A stretch of DNA of 64,000 nt. Source: Verrucomicrobiales bacterium (GTDB taxonomy: Bacteria; Verrucomicrobiota; Verrucomicrobiia; Verrucomicrobiales; V1-33). The notes beneath the pieces were generated by a model. It ran no database searches and had not been told where the DNA came from. It was given only the letters and a program-made list of their open reading frames with translations. How positions within the stretch are numbered: the stretch's first letter is position 1; each line of letters opens with the position of its first letter. The position numbers were made by a program, and so were the translations under genes. Positions 39,594 through 49,375 of this stretch are shown here, in pieces. The DNA lies in NCBI GenBank assembly GCA_046155625.1, contig JBJXFS010000024.1:14898-78897 (forward strand), written 5' to 3'.

Positions 39594-40244
39594 TCAACGG
39601 TGGCAGGCGCCACACGACTCGGGCGGATGAATGTTCCAAGCCTTCTTCAGCTTCTGGCCCAGCGCCAGGCGATCGACTCCCTCCGGCTTCCACCCGAGGT
39701 TCGTCACCTGGTCCAGCGGCCGCAACTTCTCCCCAGGCGACCGATGACAGTCCAGACACCAGCTCATCGACAGCGGTTGGTCGTGCCGCACCACCGTCAT
39801 CTCGTCCACCCGTCCGTGACACTCGACACACGACACCCCGCGGTTCACGTGCACCGAATGATTGAAATACGCATAGTCCGGCACCTTGTGCACCTTCACC
39901 CACGGAATCGCCTCCCCCGTCTCCATGCTCTCCACCACCTTCGCCAAATTCGGACTGTCCTTCTTCACATGCTGGTGACAGTTCCAGCACGTTTGCGTCG
40001 CCGGTATGTTCGCATGCCCCGATTCCTCCACAAAACTGTGACAATACCGACAGTCCATCCCCAATTGCCCCGCATGAATCTTATGACTGAACGGCACCGG
40101 CTGGCTCGGCGTATACCCCACCCGCGTGTACTTCGGCGTCAGATAATACGTCACCCCAATCGTCACCAACCCGCCGATCGTGAGCACCCCCACAATCACC
40201 CACAGCGGCAACAAGTTGCTCCATCGAGGAAAAAAATTAGCCAT
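39594..40244 (-). CDS. actA: Alternative complex III pentaheme cytochrome c subunit A
   Basis: Five CxxCH motifs (CRYCH, CWNCH, CVECH, CLDCH, CGACH), QPVPFSHKIHAG, N-terminal TM. Confidence 0.96.
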   Translation of the reverse strand: MANFFPRWSNLLPLWVIVGVLTIGGLVTIGVTYYLTPKYTRVGYTPSQPVPFSHKIHAGQLGMDCRYCHSFVEESGHANIPATQTCWNCHQHVKKDSPNLAKVVESMETGEAIPWVKVHKVPDYAYFNHSVHVNRGVSCVECHGRVDEMTVVRHDQPLSMSWCLDCHRSPGEKLRPLDQVTNLGWKPEGVDRLALGQKLKKAWNIHPPESCGACHR

Positions 40245-40296
40245 ATCAGAAAAAATCCCCACCAACCGTCAGCACTCCCGCGGTCGATGGGCGAGT

Positions 40297-40314
40297 TTGT
40301 GAAATTTTTCACAA
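40297..40314. promoter_or_regulatory. Putative Rex operator
   Basis: TTGTGAA-ATTT-TTCACAA matches the Rex consensus TTGTGAAnnnnTTCACAA; about 50 bp upstream of actA. Confidence 0.75.
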
Positions 40315-40666
40315 GCCCACAAGTGAAATTTTTGTTTTGAGGAAATTCGATACCGACGGCGCTTGGATAAGGTGGGCTACTTGAAATCACCCATCGAGTC
40401 CGTCGATTCCCTTCCTGCGTGAGGCGCAGAGTTGCAAATTTCCCTGAGGCGGGCAAGGAAAAATCGGGTAGCTCCTGCGGAATACACGGAGAAGCGACAC
40501 GGAAGTCACTTAGGGGCTGGAAGTTGGCAGCAAAGAAGGAAATTTCGGGAGACTGAACTATTGGCGACTGGCCAGGGGGGGAGGTGGAGCGATGTGGGCG
40601 CGGCCGATTCGCCGTTCGGGGGGGATGCAAAGCCGATCGGCCCGGTACGGCATGCGGAGGAATAGG

Positions 40667-40709
40667 GTGACAGGCAAATTGACTTAAGCCTATAGTGACA
40701 GGCAAATTG
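40667..40709. repeat. 15-bp direct repeat GTGACAGGCAAATTG x2
   Basis: Copies at 40667-40681 and 40695-40709, upstream of ldhA. Confidence 0.8.
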
Positions 40710-40744
40710 GGATTGGGTCTATTTGATCAATTGTATTTTTGACC

Positions 40745-41746
40745 ATGTTTCAGACGACTGTTTTCGACACGAAGCCCTACGACCGCGAACAGTTGCTCCG
40801 GGCCTCGGAGGGGAGTGGCATCGAATGGCGGTTTCTGGAATTCCGGCTGGGTGCGGAGTCAGCGGCGGCGGCTCACGGGAGCCGGGCGGTGTGTGTTTTC
40901 GTGAACGACCGGGTGGACCGGGGCTGTTTGGAGGTGCTGAAGAACCTGGGCGTCGAGCATGTGGCGCTACGGTGTGCAGGGTTCAACGGGGTGGACGTTG
41001 GAGCGGCGAAGGAGCTTGGGCTGTCGGTGACGCGGGTACCGGCGTATTCGCCGTATGCGGTGGCGGAGCATGCGGTGGCGTTGCTGCTGGCGTTGAACCG
41101 CAAGATTCCGCGGGCGAACAACCGCGTGCGGGATCTGAATTTTTCGCTGAACGGGTTGGTTGGGTTTGATCTGCATGGAAAGACGGCGGGGATTTTCGGG
41201 ACCGGAAAAATCGGCCGAGTGGCGGCCCAGATCCTTCGCGGGTTTGGCATGCGGGTGCTGGCGTTCGACCCGTTCCCGGCGGTCGAGTGGGCGCGGGAGC
41301 ACGGGGTTGAATACACCGATGCGCGCACGCTGGCGCGGGAGAGCGAGGTGATTTCGCTGCACACGCCGCTGACGCCCGAGACCCGCCATATCATTCGGCG
41401 GGAGACCCTGGCGCTGATGAAGCCGGGCTCCATCCTGATCAACGTGAGTCGCGGCGCTTTGATCGACACGACCGCCCTCATTGAGGCGCTGAAGTCCGGG
41501 CATCTCGGCGGGGTGGCGCTCGATGTGTACGAGGAGGAGGAGGGCGTGTTTTTCGAGGATTTGTCCGGCCAGATCCTGCATGACGACGAGCTCGCGCGCC
41601 TGCTCACGTTTCCCAACGTGCTGATCACGGCGCACCAGGCGTTCCTCACCCAGGAGGCGCTGGCCGAGATCGCCCGGGTCACCGTGGCCAATCTCGTGGC
41701 ACTCGTGAACGGCCGACCATTTCTTCAGGACACCGCGCTTTCATGA
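40745..41746 (+). CDS. ldhA: NAD-dependent D-lactate dehydrogenase (D-2-hydroxyacid dehydrogenase)
   Basis: LRCAGFN, RVPAYSPYAVAEH, GTGKIG, INVSRG, LDVYEEE, TAHQAFLT. Confidence 0.92.
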   Translation: MFQTTVFDTKPYDREQLLRASEGSGIEWRFLEFRLGAESAAAAHGSRAVCVFVNDRVDRGCLEVLKNLGVEHVALRCAGFNGVDVGAAKELGLSVTRVPAYSPYAVAEHAVALLLALNRKIPRANNRVRDLNFSLNGLVGFDLHGKTAGIFGTGKIGRVAAQILRGFGMRVLAFDPFPAVEWAREHGVEYTDARTLARESEVISLHTPLTPETRHIIRRETLALMKPGSILINVSRGALIDTTALIEALKSGHLGGVALDVYEEEEGVFFEDLSGQILHDDELARLLTFPNVLITAHQAFLTQEALAEIARVTVANLVALVNGRPFLQDTALS

Positions 41747-44700
41747 AACTCCCGATCGGCCACCCTCCCGCGCGTTCACCCGCACGTCCACCGACCGGGG
41801 GCGGGTCGCTGAGGCAGTTGTTCGTGGCGGTGGCGGCGGGCGTTTGGGTCACGGCTCAGCCGGCAGCCGGAGAAATCCCAAAGCCGGAAGACGCCCCGCT
41901 CCCGCGACCGCCTGAACAAAGTGCCGCGGCCTTCCGCCTGCCCGACGGGTTTGCGATGGATCTCGTTGCCAGCGAACCGCTGATCGCCTCGCCCTCCGGG
42001 CTTTGCTGGATGGCGGACGGCTCGCTCTTCGTCAGCGAACTCCATGGATACAACCTGGCCGGACAACTCGATATCGAAGAACTGAACAAATCCGGCCGAC
42101 TGGACACCGAGGTCCGACGCGTTCAGGCCGACGAACGATTCAAACAAGCCGCCGCGGCGCGAACCTTCGGGTCCGTGAAACGCCTGCGCGACACGAATGG
42201 TGACGGACGCCTCGATCACGCCGAAACCTGGGCCAACGATCTGCCACCTGTTTACGGACTCGCGCCGGCCCGCGACGGCGTCATCGCCGCATGCGCCCCG
42301 CACATCGTGTTCCTCGCCGACCGCAATAAGGACGGCCACGCCGAGGTGCGCGAGACCTTGTTCACCGGGTTCGGAACCGGCGAGTTGGAGCGCGGCATCA
42401 ACGCACCGCAGTGGGACGTCGACGGATGGATTTATTTCGGCCGCGGCTGGGACGGCGGCCTGATCACCGGCCCGCGGCTGCCCGCACCCGTCAGGCTGCC
42501 CGGCTCGAATTTTCGCATTCGGGCCGACGGCACCGCCATCGAACCAGTCACCGGGCACTCGCATACGTTCGGATTGGCCATCACGGAAAGCGGTGAACAC
42601 GTGACCGTCTCGACCACGACGGGTTTCAGCGTCGCCCCGATCCCGTGGCGATCCCTGATGCGCAATCCGGATGCCGCGGTGGCCGGCCTGCAAACGGCCA
42701 TCGGTGACCGCCGCGCCTACGGCATTTCGCGCCCTCACCCATGGCGGCTGAAGCGCGCCGAGGATCCGCTGTACTTCGAATTTTACAAAAGCCGCTATGG
42801 CGCGGCAGAGAGCGAGGCCACCGGCTGGTTCACGGCCGCCTGCGGACCGCTGGTGTACCGCGACCACGCGCTGCCGGGGCTCCACGGGCAGTATTTCGTG
42901 TGCGAACCGGCCGGCAATTTCATTCATCGCAGCCGGCTCCTTCGCGCGGGGGCCGGCCTCGCGCTGCAGAGGGTCCCGGGCGAAGAGCGATCCGAATTTG
43001 CCGCGAGTGACGACTCGTGGAGCCACCCGATGCACCTGCTGCACGGGCCGGACGGGGCGATCTGGGTCGTCGATTACTACCGGGAAATTATCGAGGATTA
43101 TTCCGCCATACCGCGCCACCTCCAGCAGCAGTACGGCGTCTATGCCGGCCACGACCGGGGGCGCGTGTACCGCTTGATCCATCGCGACATGCCGGCCGCG
43201 CCCAATCCCGATATGTCCCGGCTGGATGCGGCCGCCTTGGCCCACGAGTGCGCCAGCCCGTATCTCTGGCGCCGGCTGACCGCCCAGCGGCTGCTGGTAG
43301 AGAGGCAGGAACTGACCTCCGTGCCGACGTTGCGATCCATCCTCGCCGACCCTGATTCAACTTCAGCCGCCCTCATTACCGCGCTGCGCACGCTGGACCC
43401 GTTGGAGGTGATCAAACCGGAGGATGTCCGACCGCTGGTAACCCATCCGTCCGCCTCGGTCCGCGGGCACGCGCTGCCACTGGCCGAACGGTGGTTGTCC
43501 GGCGAAATCGATGCGGGGGTGGTCGACTCCGTGCTTGCGGCCGCCGCCACCGAGACGGATCCGCGCGTGTTAATTCAATGCGCGCTCACGTTGGGCGAAT
43601 CCCGCGATTCCCGAGCCTTCGCACTCCTCGTCCGCTATGCGCGCGAACGGCTCGACCTGCGCTGGATGGAAACCGCCTTGCTCTCGTCGCTGGCCGGGCG
43701 CGGCCACGAGATGCTCGCCGAGTTGATCCGCGAACCGGGAAAGGGCTTGGGCTTTCTGTCCCCACTCGCCCAGTCCATTGCGGCCCGAGGCGATGAGCCC
43801 GGGCTCGCCGCCGCGGTGATGTTGTTGCCCGACGCCGGGGAAGCGGTGCAATCGACTCTTCTCGACGCCTTGACCAAAGGTCGACGCCACGCGGCTCGTC
43901 ACCCGCTAAACACCCCGGCCGCTCGAAATGCCCTGGCAGGCCTCGCCGCAAGCGCGTCGGCCCCCGTGCGCGAGCGGGTCCGCGCCTTCGAAGAAACCCT
44001 CGTCGCCTCGGCGATTCACCAGCCAACCGACACTCCGGAGGCCGTGCCCCCACCAGCGCCGGACATCAGCGAAGAATCATTTCGTGCCACCCTGACCGCG
44101 GCCCAATCCAGCCCGCGAAACCTTGACCACGGCCACGAGGTCTTTCGCCAAGCGTGTGCCACCTGCCACCGCCTCGACGGGGAGGGCCATGAGGTTGGTC
44201 CCGATTTCATGGGCGAACTGAGCCAACCCGAAGAAACTCTCGCGCGTCACCTCCTCATGCCGAATGAACGCATTCGGCCCGGCTACGAGACTTATTTGTT
44301 CGAACTGCGTTCCGGCCCGGCCTTGGTCGGGCTGCTCAAGGACGACGGCGCGACCAGCGTGACGGTCGCCCTGCCCGGAGGCGCCGATCAGGTGGTCCTT
44401 CGCAAGGACTTGGCCGGCGTGCGGCGGCTGCCGGTCTCGCTCATGCCATCGTTCGCCGCCGCCTCGCCCTCCGAATTGGCCAGTTTGATCGGCTGGTTGC
44501 GCAGTCGCGTCACCGAAGGTCCAACGGATAGGGTCCTCCTCTTCGACGAGGAACCCGACTTCGCCGACCTGCTGACCCGGGAATCGGGCACGGCCCGGGT
44601 CGTCCGCGACCATCCTCACTCCGGTCGCTTCTGTCTCCACATCACGCCACCCCAGCGCGCCGCGGCCACCATCCCAGGATGGCAGTTTGACATCGTCGAA

Positions 44701-45024
44701 AACCCCGCGTCCCCAAAAGAATTTCGTTTCCTCCGTCTGTCATGGCGCGCCGGTGCCGATGGCGCCATGATCGAACTCGCCCGCGGCGGCCAGTGGCCGA
44801 AACCCGATGAACCGGCCGGTCGCTACTTCGCCGGGCGCAATACCTCTCCCTGGCAGGCCCACCAAGCCAGCCTCGATCCGCCACGCTCGTGGCAGACCGT
44901 GACCTTCGACCTGTGGAAAGACCTCGGCGCCACTACCCTCACGGGCATCGCCCCCACCGCCATGGGCGGCGACGCGTGGTTCGATCGTATCGAATTGCTC
45001 AAGCGAATCCCGTTGGGGCAATGA
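41743..45024 (+). CDS. PVC-type membrane-bound dehydrogenase-like / heme-binding CxxCH protein
   Basis: LVASEPLI propeller start, GPDGAIWVVDYY, GRVYRL, HEAT-like helices, CATCH...VGPD...SLMP. Confidence 0.88.
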   Translation: MKLPIGHPPARSPARPPTGGGSLRQLFVAVAAGVWVTAQPAAGEIPKPEDAPLPRPPEQSAAAFRLPDGFAMDLVASEPLIASPSGLCWMADGSLFVSELHGYNLAGQLDIEELNKSGRLDTEVRRVQADERFKQAAAARTFGSVKRLRDTNGDGRLDHAETWANDLPPVYGLAPARDGVIAACAPHIVFLADRNKDGHAEVRETLFTGFGTGELERGINAPQWDVDGWIYFGRGWDGGLITGPRLPAPVRLPGSNFRIRADGTAIEPVTGHSHTFGLAITESGEHVTVSTTTGFSVAPIPWRSLMRNPDAAVAGLQTAIGDRRAYGISRPHPWRLKRAEDPLYFEFYKSRYGAAESEATGWFTAACGPLVYRDHALPGLHGQYFVCEPAGNFIHRSRLLRAGAGLALQRVPGEERSEFAASDDSWSHPMHLLHGPDGAIWVVDYYREIIEDYSAIPRHLQQQYGVYAGHDRGRVYRLIHRDMPAAPNPDMSRLDAAALAHECASPYLWRRLTAQRLLVERQELTSVPTLRSILADPDSTSAALITALRTLDPLEVIKPEDVRPLVTHPSASVRGHALPLAERWLSGEIDAGVVDSVLAAAATETDPRVLIQCALTLGESRDSRAFALLVRYARERLDLRWMETALLSSLAGRGHEMLAELIREPGKGLGFLSPLAQSIAARGDEPGLAAAVMLLPDAGEAVQSTLLDALTKGRRHAARHPLNTPAARNALAGLAASASAPVRERVRAFEETLVASAIHQPTDTPEAVPPPAPDISEESFRATLTAAQSSPRNLDHGHEVFRQACATCHRLDGEGHEVGPDFMGELSQPEETLARHLLMPNERIRPGYETYLFELRSGPALVGLLKDDGATSVTVALPGGADQVVLRKDLAGVRRLPVSLMPSFAAASPSELASLIGWLRSRVTEGPTDRVLLFDEEPDFADLLTRESGTARVVRDHPHSGRFCLHITPPQRAAATIPGWQFDIVENPASPKEFRFLRLSWRAGADGAMIELARGGQWPKPDEPAGRYFAGRNTSPWQAHQASLDPPRSWQTVTFDLWKDLGATTLTGIAPTAMGGDAWFDRIELLKRIPLGQ

Positions 45025-45063
45025 GGCTCTTTCCAAGGGCCGGAGACCCGCCATCATTGCCCT

Positions 45064-46170
45064 ATGCCAAGTTCTACCATCCTCGTGCCCATCTTCGGAG
45101 TAGCCCTGGCAGCCATCGCGACGGCGCAGGCTGCCGAGCCGGTTGAGCGGCGACTTTACGTCGCCGTTCCGGGCGTGCGCAATTACCTCGAGCACGGCGG
45201 ACATGGGGTGCTCGTTTTCGACATCGACCACGGGCATCGGTTCCTCAAACGCATCCCCTGCGCCGGCTTGAACGCCGAAGGCCAGCCGGACAACGTCAAG
45301 GGCATCTGCGCAAGCTCCGAATCCGGACTGCTTCACATCGCCACTCTGCGCACGCTGCAATGTCTCGACTTGCGCACCGAAAAACTCCTTTGGGAAAAAC
45401 CGTTTCCTGGAGGCTGTGACCGCATGGCGCTCTCGCCCGCTGGCACCACGATCTACCTGCCTACCCTGGAAAAAGACGAGTGGCACATGGTCGAGGCACG
45501 CACGGGCAACATCCGCGGGTCAATTTCACCCAACTCAGGCGCGCATAACACAGTGTGGGGCCCAAAGGGGCTTGGGGTGTATTGTGCGGGTCTGCGCTCT
45601 CCCCGGCTCACCGTGGCCGATCCGAAAGAGCCGCGGATCGTTCGCGAAGTCGGTCCGTTCTCCGCGCCCATCCGTCCCTTCACCGTCAATGGCGCCGAAT
45701 CGCTCGTCTTTGCTTGCGTCAATGACCTGCTTGGATTTGAAGTGGGCGACCTTCGTGCGGGAAAACGACTTCATCGCGTTGAAATCGCGGGGGTCCCCAT
45801 GCCGGTCAAGCGCCATGGATGCCCGAGCCACGGCATTGCCCTCACGCCTGACGAAAGTGAAGTCTGGGTGGCCGCCGCACACGACCGCAAGCTCCACGTT
45901 TTTGACGCCACCGTGATGCCGCCTCGGTGGAAACAGGCCATCGACGTCCGCGATGAACCAGGTTGGATCACTCTGTCCATCGATGGCACCTTGGCGTGGC
46001 CGTCGACCGGTGAAGTCATCGACACGGCCTCCAAACGCCTCTTGGCCACGCTCACTGATGAAACCGGTCGGCCCGTGCAAAGCGAAAAACTCCTCGAGAT
46101 CAACTTCTCCAATGGTCGTCCCATTGCCGCTGGCAACCAATTCGCGGTCGGCCGCGTCACGGCCCCATGA
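45064..46170 (+). CDS. Secreted YncE/YVTN-like beta-propeller protein
   Basis: Signal peptide; repeated blades (MALSPAG, HGIALTPDESEVWV, PGWITLSIDG). Confidence 0.82.
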   Translation: MPSSTILVPIFGVALAAIATAQAAEPVERRLYVAVPGVRNYLEHGGHGVLVFDIDHGHRFLKRIPCAGLNAEGQPDNVKGICASSESGLLHIATLRTLQCLDLRTEKLLWEKPFPGGCDRMALSPAGTTIYLPTLEKDEWHMVEARTGNIRGSISPNSGAHNTVWGPKGLGVYCAGLRSPRLTVADPKEPRIVREVGPFSAPIRPFTVNGAESLVFACVNDLLGFEVGDLRAGKRLHRVEIAGVPMPVKRHGCPSHGIALTPDESEVWVAAAHDRKLHVFDATVMPPRWKQAIDVRDEPGWITLSIDGTLAWPSTGEVIDTASKRLLATLTDETGRPVQSEKLLEINFSNGRPIAAGNQFAVGRVTAP

Positions 46171-46227
46171 GTGTCGACGAGACCACGTCGAACTCTTCGC
46201 ATTCTACCGGTATTCACTCTCTGCCCT

Positions 46228-47268
46228 TTACAACAAGCCAAGCGTTTCCGGAAACCCGTGGCGCAGATTGAAACTCTGCACCGCCTGGCCGGCCGCGCCT
46301 TTGATCAGATTGTCTTCAGCGCTCAGGAGAACGGCGCGACCGGTCCGGTGGTCGACCGCCCATCCAATGTCAATGAAATTGGAACCGACCACGTGTTTGG
46401 TGTCCGGGCAGGCGTTCTCCCCGAGAAGGCGCACAAACGGAGCGTCTGCATAAGCCCCGGCATAAGACTGCGCAATCTCGGCGGCTCCGACGCCCGGGCG
46501 CAAGGCGGCGTACGTCGTGGTGCAGATCCCCGCGGTGACCGGGACGAGGTGGGTGGTCAATGACAACCGCACCGGCTTTCCTGCGGCCCGGGACAATTCC
46601 TGCTCGATCTCACTTAAGTGCCGGTGTTTCGGGACGCTGTAGGCGCGCACGCTTTCATTGCATTCGGCGAAGAGCAGCGGCACCGAGGCCTTGCGTCCGG
46701 CTCCGCTCACGCCGCTCATGGCGCACGTTGTGATCGTGTTCGGATCGATCAGCCCATCGCGCAGGAGCGGCACCAGCGGCAGGATGACACTCGTCGGATA
46801 ACACCCGGGCGAAGCAATGAGTCGCGCGGTGCGGATCTTTTCGCCGTGGATTTCGGGCAAACCGTAGACGGCCTCGCCCAACAGCGCGGGCGCCGGATGC
46901 TCGTGGTCGTAAAACTCCCGATACACCGCCGGATCCTCGATCCGGAAATCCGCGCTCAAATCGATCACCGTCAGTCCCGCCTCGAGCAGCGGCACCGCCA
47001 CCTCCGCGGCCACGCCATGCGGCAGCGCCAGAAACGCCGCCGTCGCCCCGCTCTCCACAATCGTTTCCGGCGCCGGCGCAACAAACCGTAACCCGTCAGC
47101 ACCCGGCCATCCGCGGAACTGCGGCATCACCTCGGCCAACGACCGCCCATCCTCCTGACGCGACGTCAGCGCGACCAGTTCGACGGCCGGATGCCGGAGA
47201 AGCAGCCGCACCAACTGCTCCCCGGAATACCCGCTCGCTCCCACCACCGCCGTTCTCACTCTTTGCAT
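46228..47268 (-). CDS. argC: N-acetyl-gamma-glutamyl-phosphate reductase
   Basis: GASGYSG, LALPHG, DLSADFR, PGCYPT, SGVSGAG, DNLIKGAAGQAVQ. Confidence 0.97.
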   Translation of the reverse strand: MQRVRTAVVGASGYSGEQLVRLLLRHPAVELVALTSRQEDGRSLAEVMPQFRGWPGADGLRFVAPAPETIVESGATAAFLALPHGVAAEVAVPLLEAGLTVIDLSADFRIEDPAVYREFYDHEHPAPALLGEAVYGLPEIHGEKIRTARLIASPGCYPTSVILPLVPLLRDGLIDPNTITTCAMSGVSGAGRKASVPLLFAECNESVRAYSVPKHRHLSEIEQELSRAAGKPVRLSLTTHLVPVTAGICTTTYAALRPGVGAAEIAQSYAGAYADAPFVRLLGENACPDTKHVVGSNFIDIGWAVDHRTGRAVLLSAEDNLIKGAAGQAVQSFNLRHGFPETLGLL

Positions 47269-47362
47269 TTGCCATCATGGCCGAGTCCACCCGCCCCGCC
47301 AGACGAAAAACACCCTCTATTCTGCCCCTTCTTTCCAGCCATCCCATTCCTCCTATCCCCCC

Positions 47363-48529
47363 TCACACTCCCGCACTCACGCCATTCATGGCCGACGGCG
47401 GCGGCAGCGTGATGGTAAACTGGGTGCGCTGCCCCGGGGTGCTGTCCACGCCGATCTGACCGCCATGCGCTTCAACCGCGCGTCGGACGATACTCAGTCC
47501 AAGCCCGGTGCCTTTAACTTCCTGACCATGGTGTTTCGCGACGCGATAAAACCGCTTGAAGACAAACGGCAGGTCGGCCCGCGGAATGCCCACGCCATTG
47601 TCCCGCACCCACAACTCCGCGCCGCCGCCCGGCAGATGCTTCATACCCACCCCGATGACCAAGCCCGGTTGCTGGTTTTCTTTCAGCGCATTCTCGATCA
47701 AATTGAAGAACACTTGGTCCCAGTAAAACCGGTCGCCGGCGAGTCTACTCCCGACCTCGCGGGGCGGAAACTCAGCCTCCACCCGCGCCTGCTTTTCATC
47801 GATCAACGGGTGCAGCCGGTCGAGCACGTCCTTGACGCACTCTTCAACAGCGAAGGTCGACCGCTTCAAGTCCGCCGCCTCGTGCTCGCCCACCGACTCG
47901 AACCGCGAAATGGTCAGCATGTCCTCGACGATACGGGCCAGCCTCAGACTGTGCTTTTGCATCGTGAGCAGCGACCGCTGCACCATGACCGGATCTTCGA
48001 TCGCGCCCTCGACGAGGTTTTCCAAATAGCCGTTGATGATCGAGAGCGGCGTCCGCAATTCGTGGCTGGCATTCGCCACAAAATCCTTGCGAATCTGCTC
48101 GGTCTCGCGGTGCTGGGTTTCGTCACGCACGATAATGCGGAGCCCGCGCGCCGCCGGCGCCCCCGGCAACTGAATTGGAGCCGCCGAAATCACCAGAAAC
48201 TTCTTCTGCTCGTTGCCGCCTTGGTTGACCACGATCTGCAACGGCTGCTCGACCGACTGTCGAGTGCGCTGACTGCGCTCCGCCACTTCCGTGAGCCGAT
48301 GGTCGACAAACACCTCAAACAGCCGCCGCCCCACCGGTTGCAAGGGCGATCGAAACAACTCGCGCGCTTCCGCATTGGCAAACAGCACCTCCAGTCGATC
48401 GTCGGTCACGAGGCAGGCATCCCCCAATCCTTCGAGCAACGAACCCAACACGCCGCTACCGGGAGGCCCGGATCGCGCACCGGCTACAGCCGGTCCGGGT
48501 GGGGCGCCCTCACGGGAAGCGGGTGTCAT
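47363..48529 (-). CDS. PhoR-like PAS sensor histidine kinase (no TM helix)
   Basis: DFVANASHELRTPL, NLIENALK, DNGVGI, FKRFYRV, GTGLGLSIV. Confidence 0.9.
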   Translation of the reverse strand: MTPASREGAPPGPAVAGARSGPPGSGVLGSLLEGLGDACLVTDDRLEVLFANAEARELFRSPLQPVGRRLFEVFVDHRLTEVAERSQRTRQSVEQPLQIVVNQGGNEQKKFLVISAAPIQLPGAPAARGLRIIVRDETQHRETEQIRKDFVANASHELRTPLSIINGYLENLVEGAIEDPVMVQRSLLTMQKHSLRLARIVEDMLTISRFESVGEHEAADLKRSTFAVEECVKDVLDRLHPLIDEKQARVEAEFPPREVGSRLAGDRFYWDQVFFNLIENALKENQQPGLVIGVGMKHLPGGGAELWVRDNGVGIPRADLPFVFKRFYRVAKHHGQEVKGTGLGLSIVRRAVEAHGGQIGVDSTPGQRTQFTITLPPPSAMNGVSAGV

Positions 48530-48600
48530 GGCGGCTCAGCGAGATAGGGATCAGGGTGGGTGGGCTCTGCACGGCGTTATGCGGGCGCGAACACGGACGA

Positions 48601-49299
48601 TCACTCGACGCGGTCCGCCGTATCGGCAACAAATCGGTAACCGATTCCCCGGATGGTTTCGATGCAATCGGCGAAGTTCCCCAATTTTTCGCGGAGCCGT
48701 TTGACATGGGTGTCAAGCGTTCGCGTGAGCACTGTGTCGGTCTGATACCCCCAAACTTCGCGCAGCAGTTCATCGCGCGTCTGCGGCTGGCCGTCCGCCT
48801 CGATCAGCAACCGGAGCAGCTTGAACTCGGTCGCAGTCAGGTCGACCGGCTGCCCGGTGAGATACAGTTTCAGCGTGTTGCGTTCAAGCCGGAAACTGCC
48901 GCGCCGCAGCACTGAGTCCGCCACCACTTTTTTCGAACGCTTGAGCAGCGCCTGCACCCGCAAGACCAACTCTTTTGGGGAAAATGGTTTGGTCACGTAG
49001 TCGTCGGCGCCCAATTCCAGCCCGGATATTTTGTCATCCAGTTCTCCCCGTGCCGTCAGCATGATGACGGGGATTTGGCTCGTGCGGGTGTCGCCTCTGA
49101 GATCCTTGTAAACGCCAAACCCATCCCTCCCCGGCAACATCAAATCGAGGACGATCAAGTCCGGCTGTTTGTCCCTGGCCAAATGGACGGCCGCCAATCC
49201 GTCGCGAGCCATGAGCACCTTCAATCCCTGCCGCTGCAAGTTGAAAGCGATCAGGTCCACGATGTCGGCTTCGTCATCTACAACGAGAACGGTATGCAT
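48601..49299 (-). CDS. PhoB/OmpR-family response regulator
   Basis: VVDDE, LDLMLP, GADDYVTKPFSP, RTLDTHVKRLREKL, RGIGY. Confidence 0.94.
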   Translation of the reverse strand: MHTVLVVDDEADIVDLIAFNLQRQGLKVLMARDGLAAVHLARDKQPDLIVLDLMLPGRDGFGVYKDLRGDTRTSQIPVIMLTARGELDDKISGLELGADDYVTKPFSPKELVLRVQALLKRSKKVVADSVLRRGSFRLERNTLKLYLTGQPVDLTATEFKLLRLLIEADGQPQTRDELLREVWGYQTDTVLTRTLDTHVKRLREKLGNFADCIETIRGIGYRFVADTADRVE

Positions 49300-49375
49300 G
49301 CAGTTAATCGACGCTGTGACATAGAAACACGTTCCGCCATCGATGAAAGCCTTTAACGTGACGAAAACGACACTC

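Noticed and set aside
49300-49375. Pho box upstream of the response regulator
   Set aside because: Only isolated GTCAC-like half-sites, without a clear 11-bp tandem arrangement.
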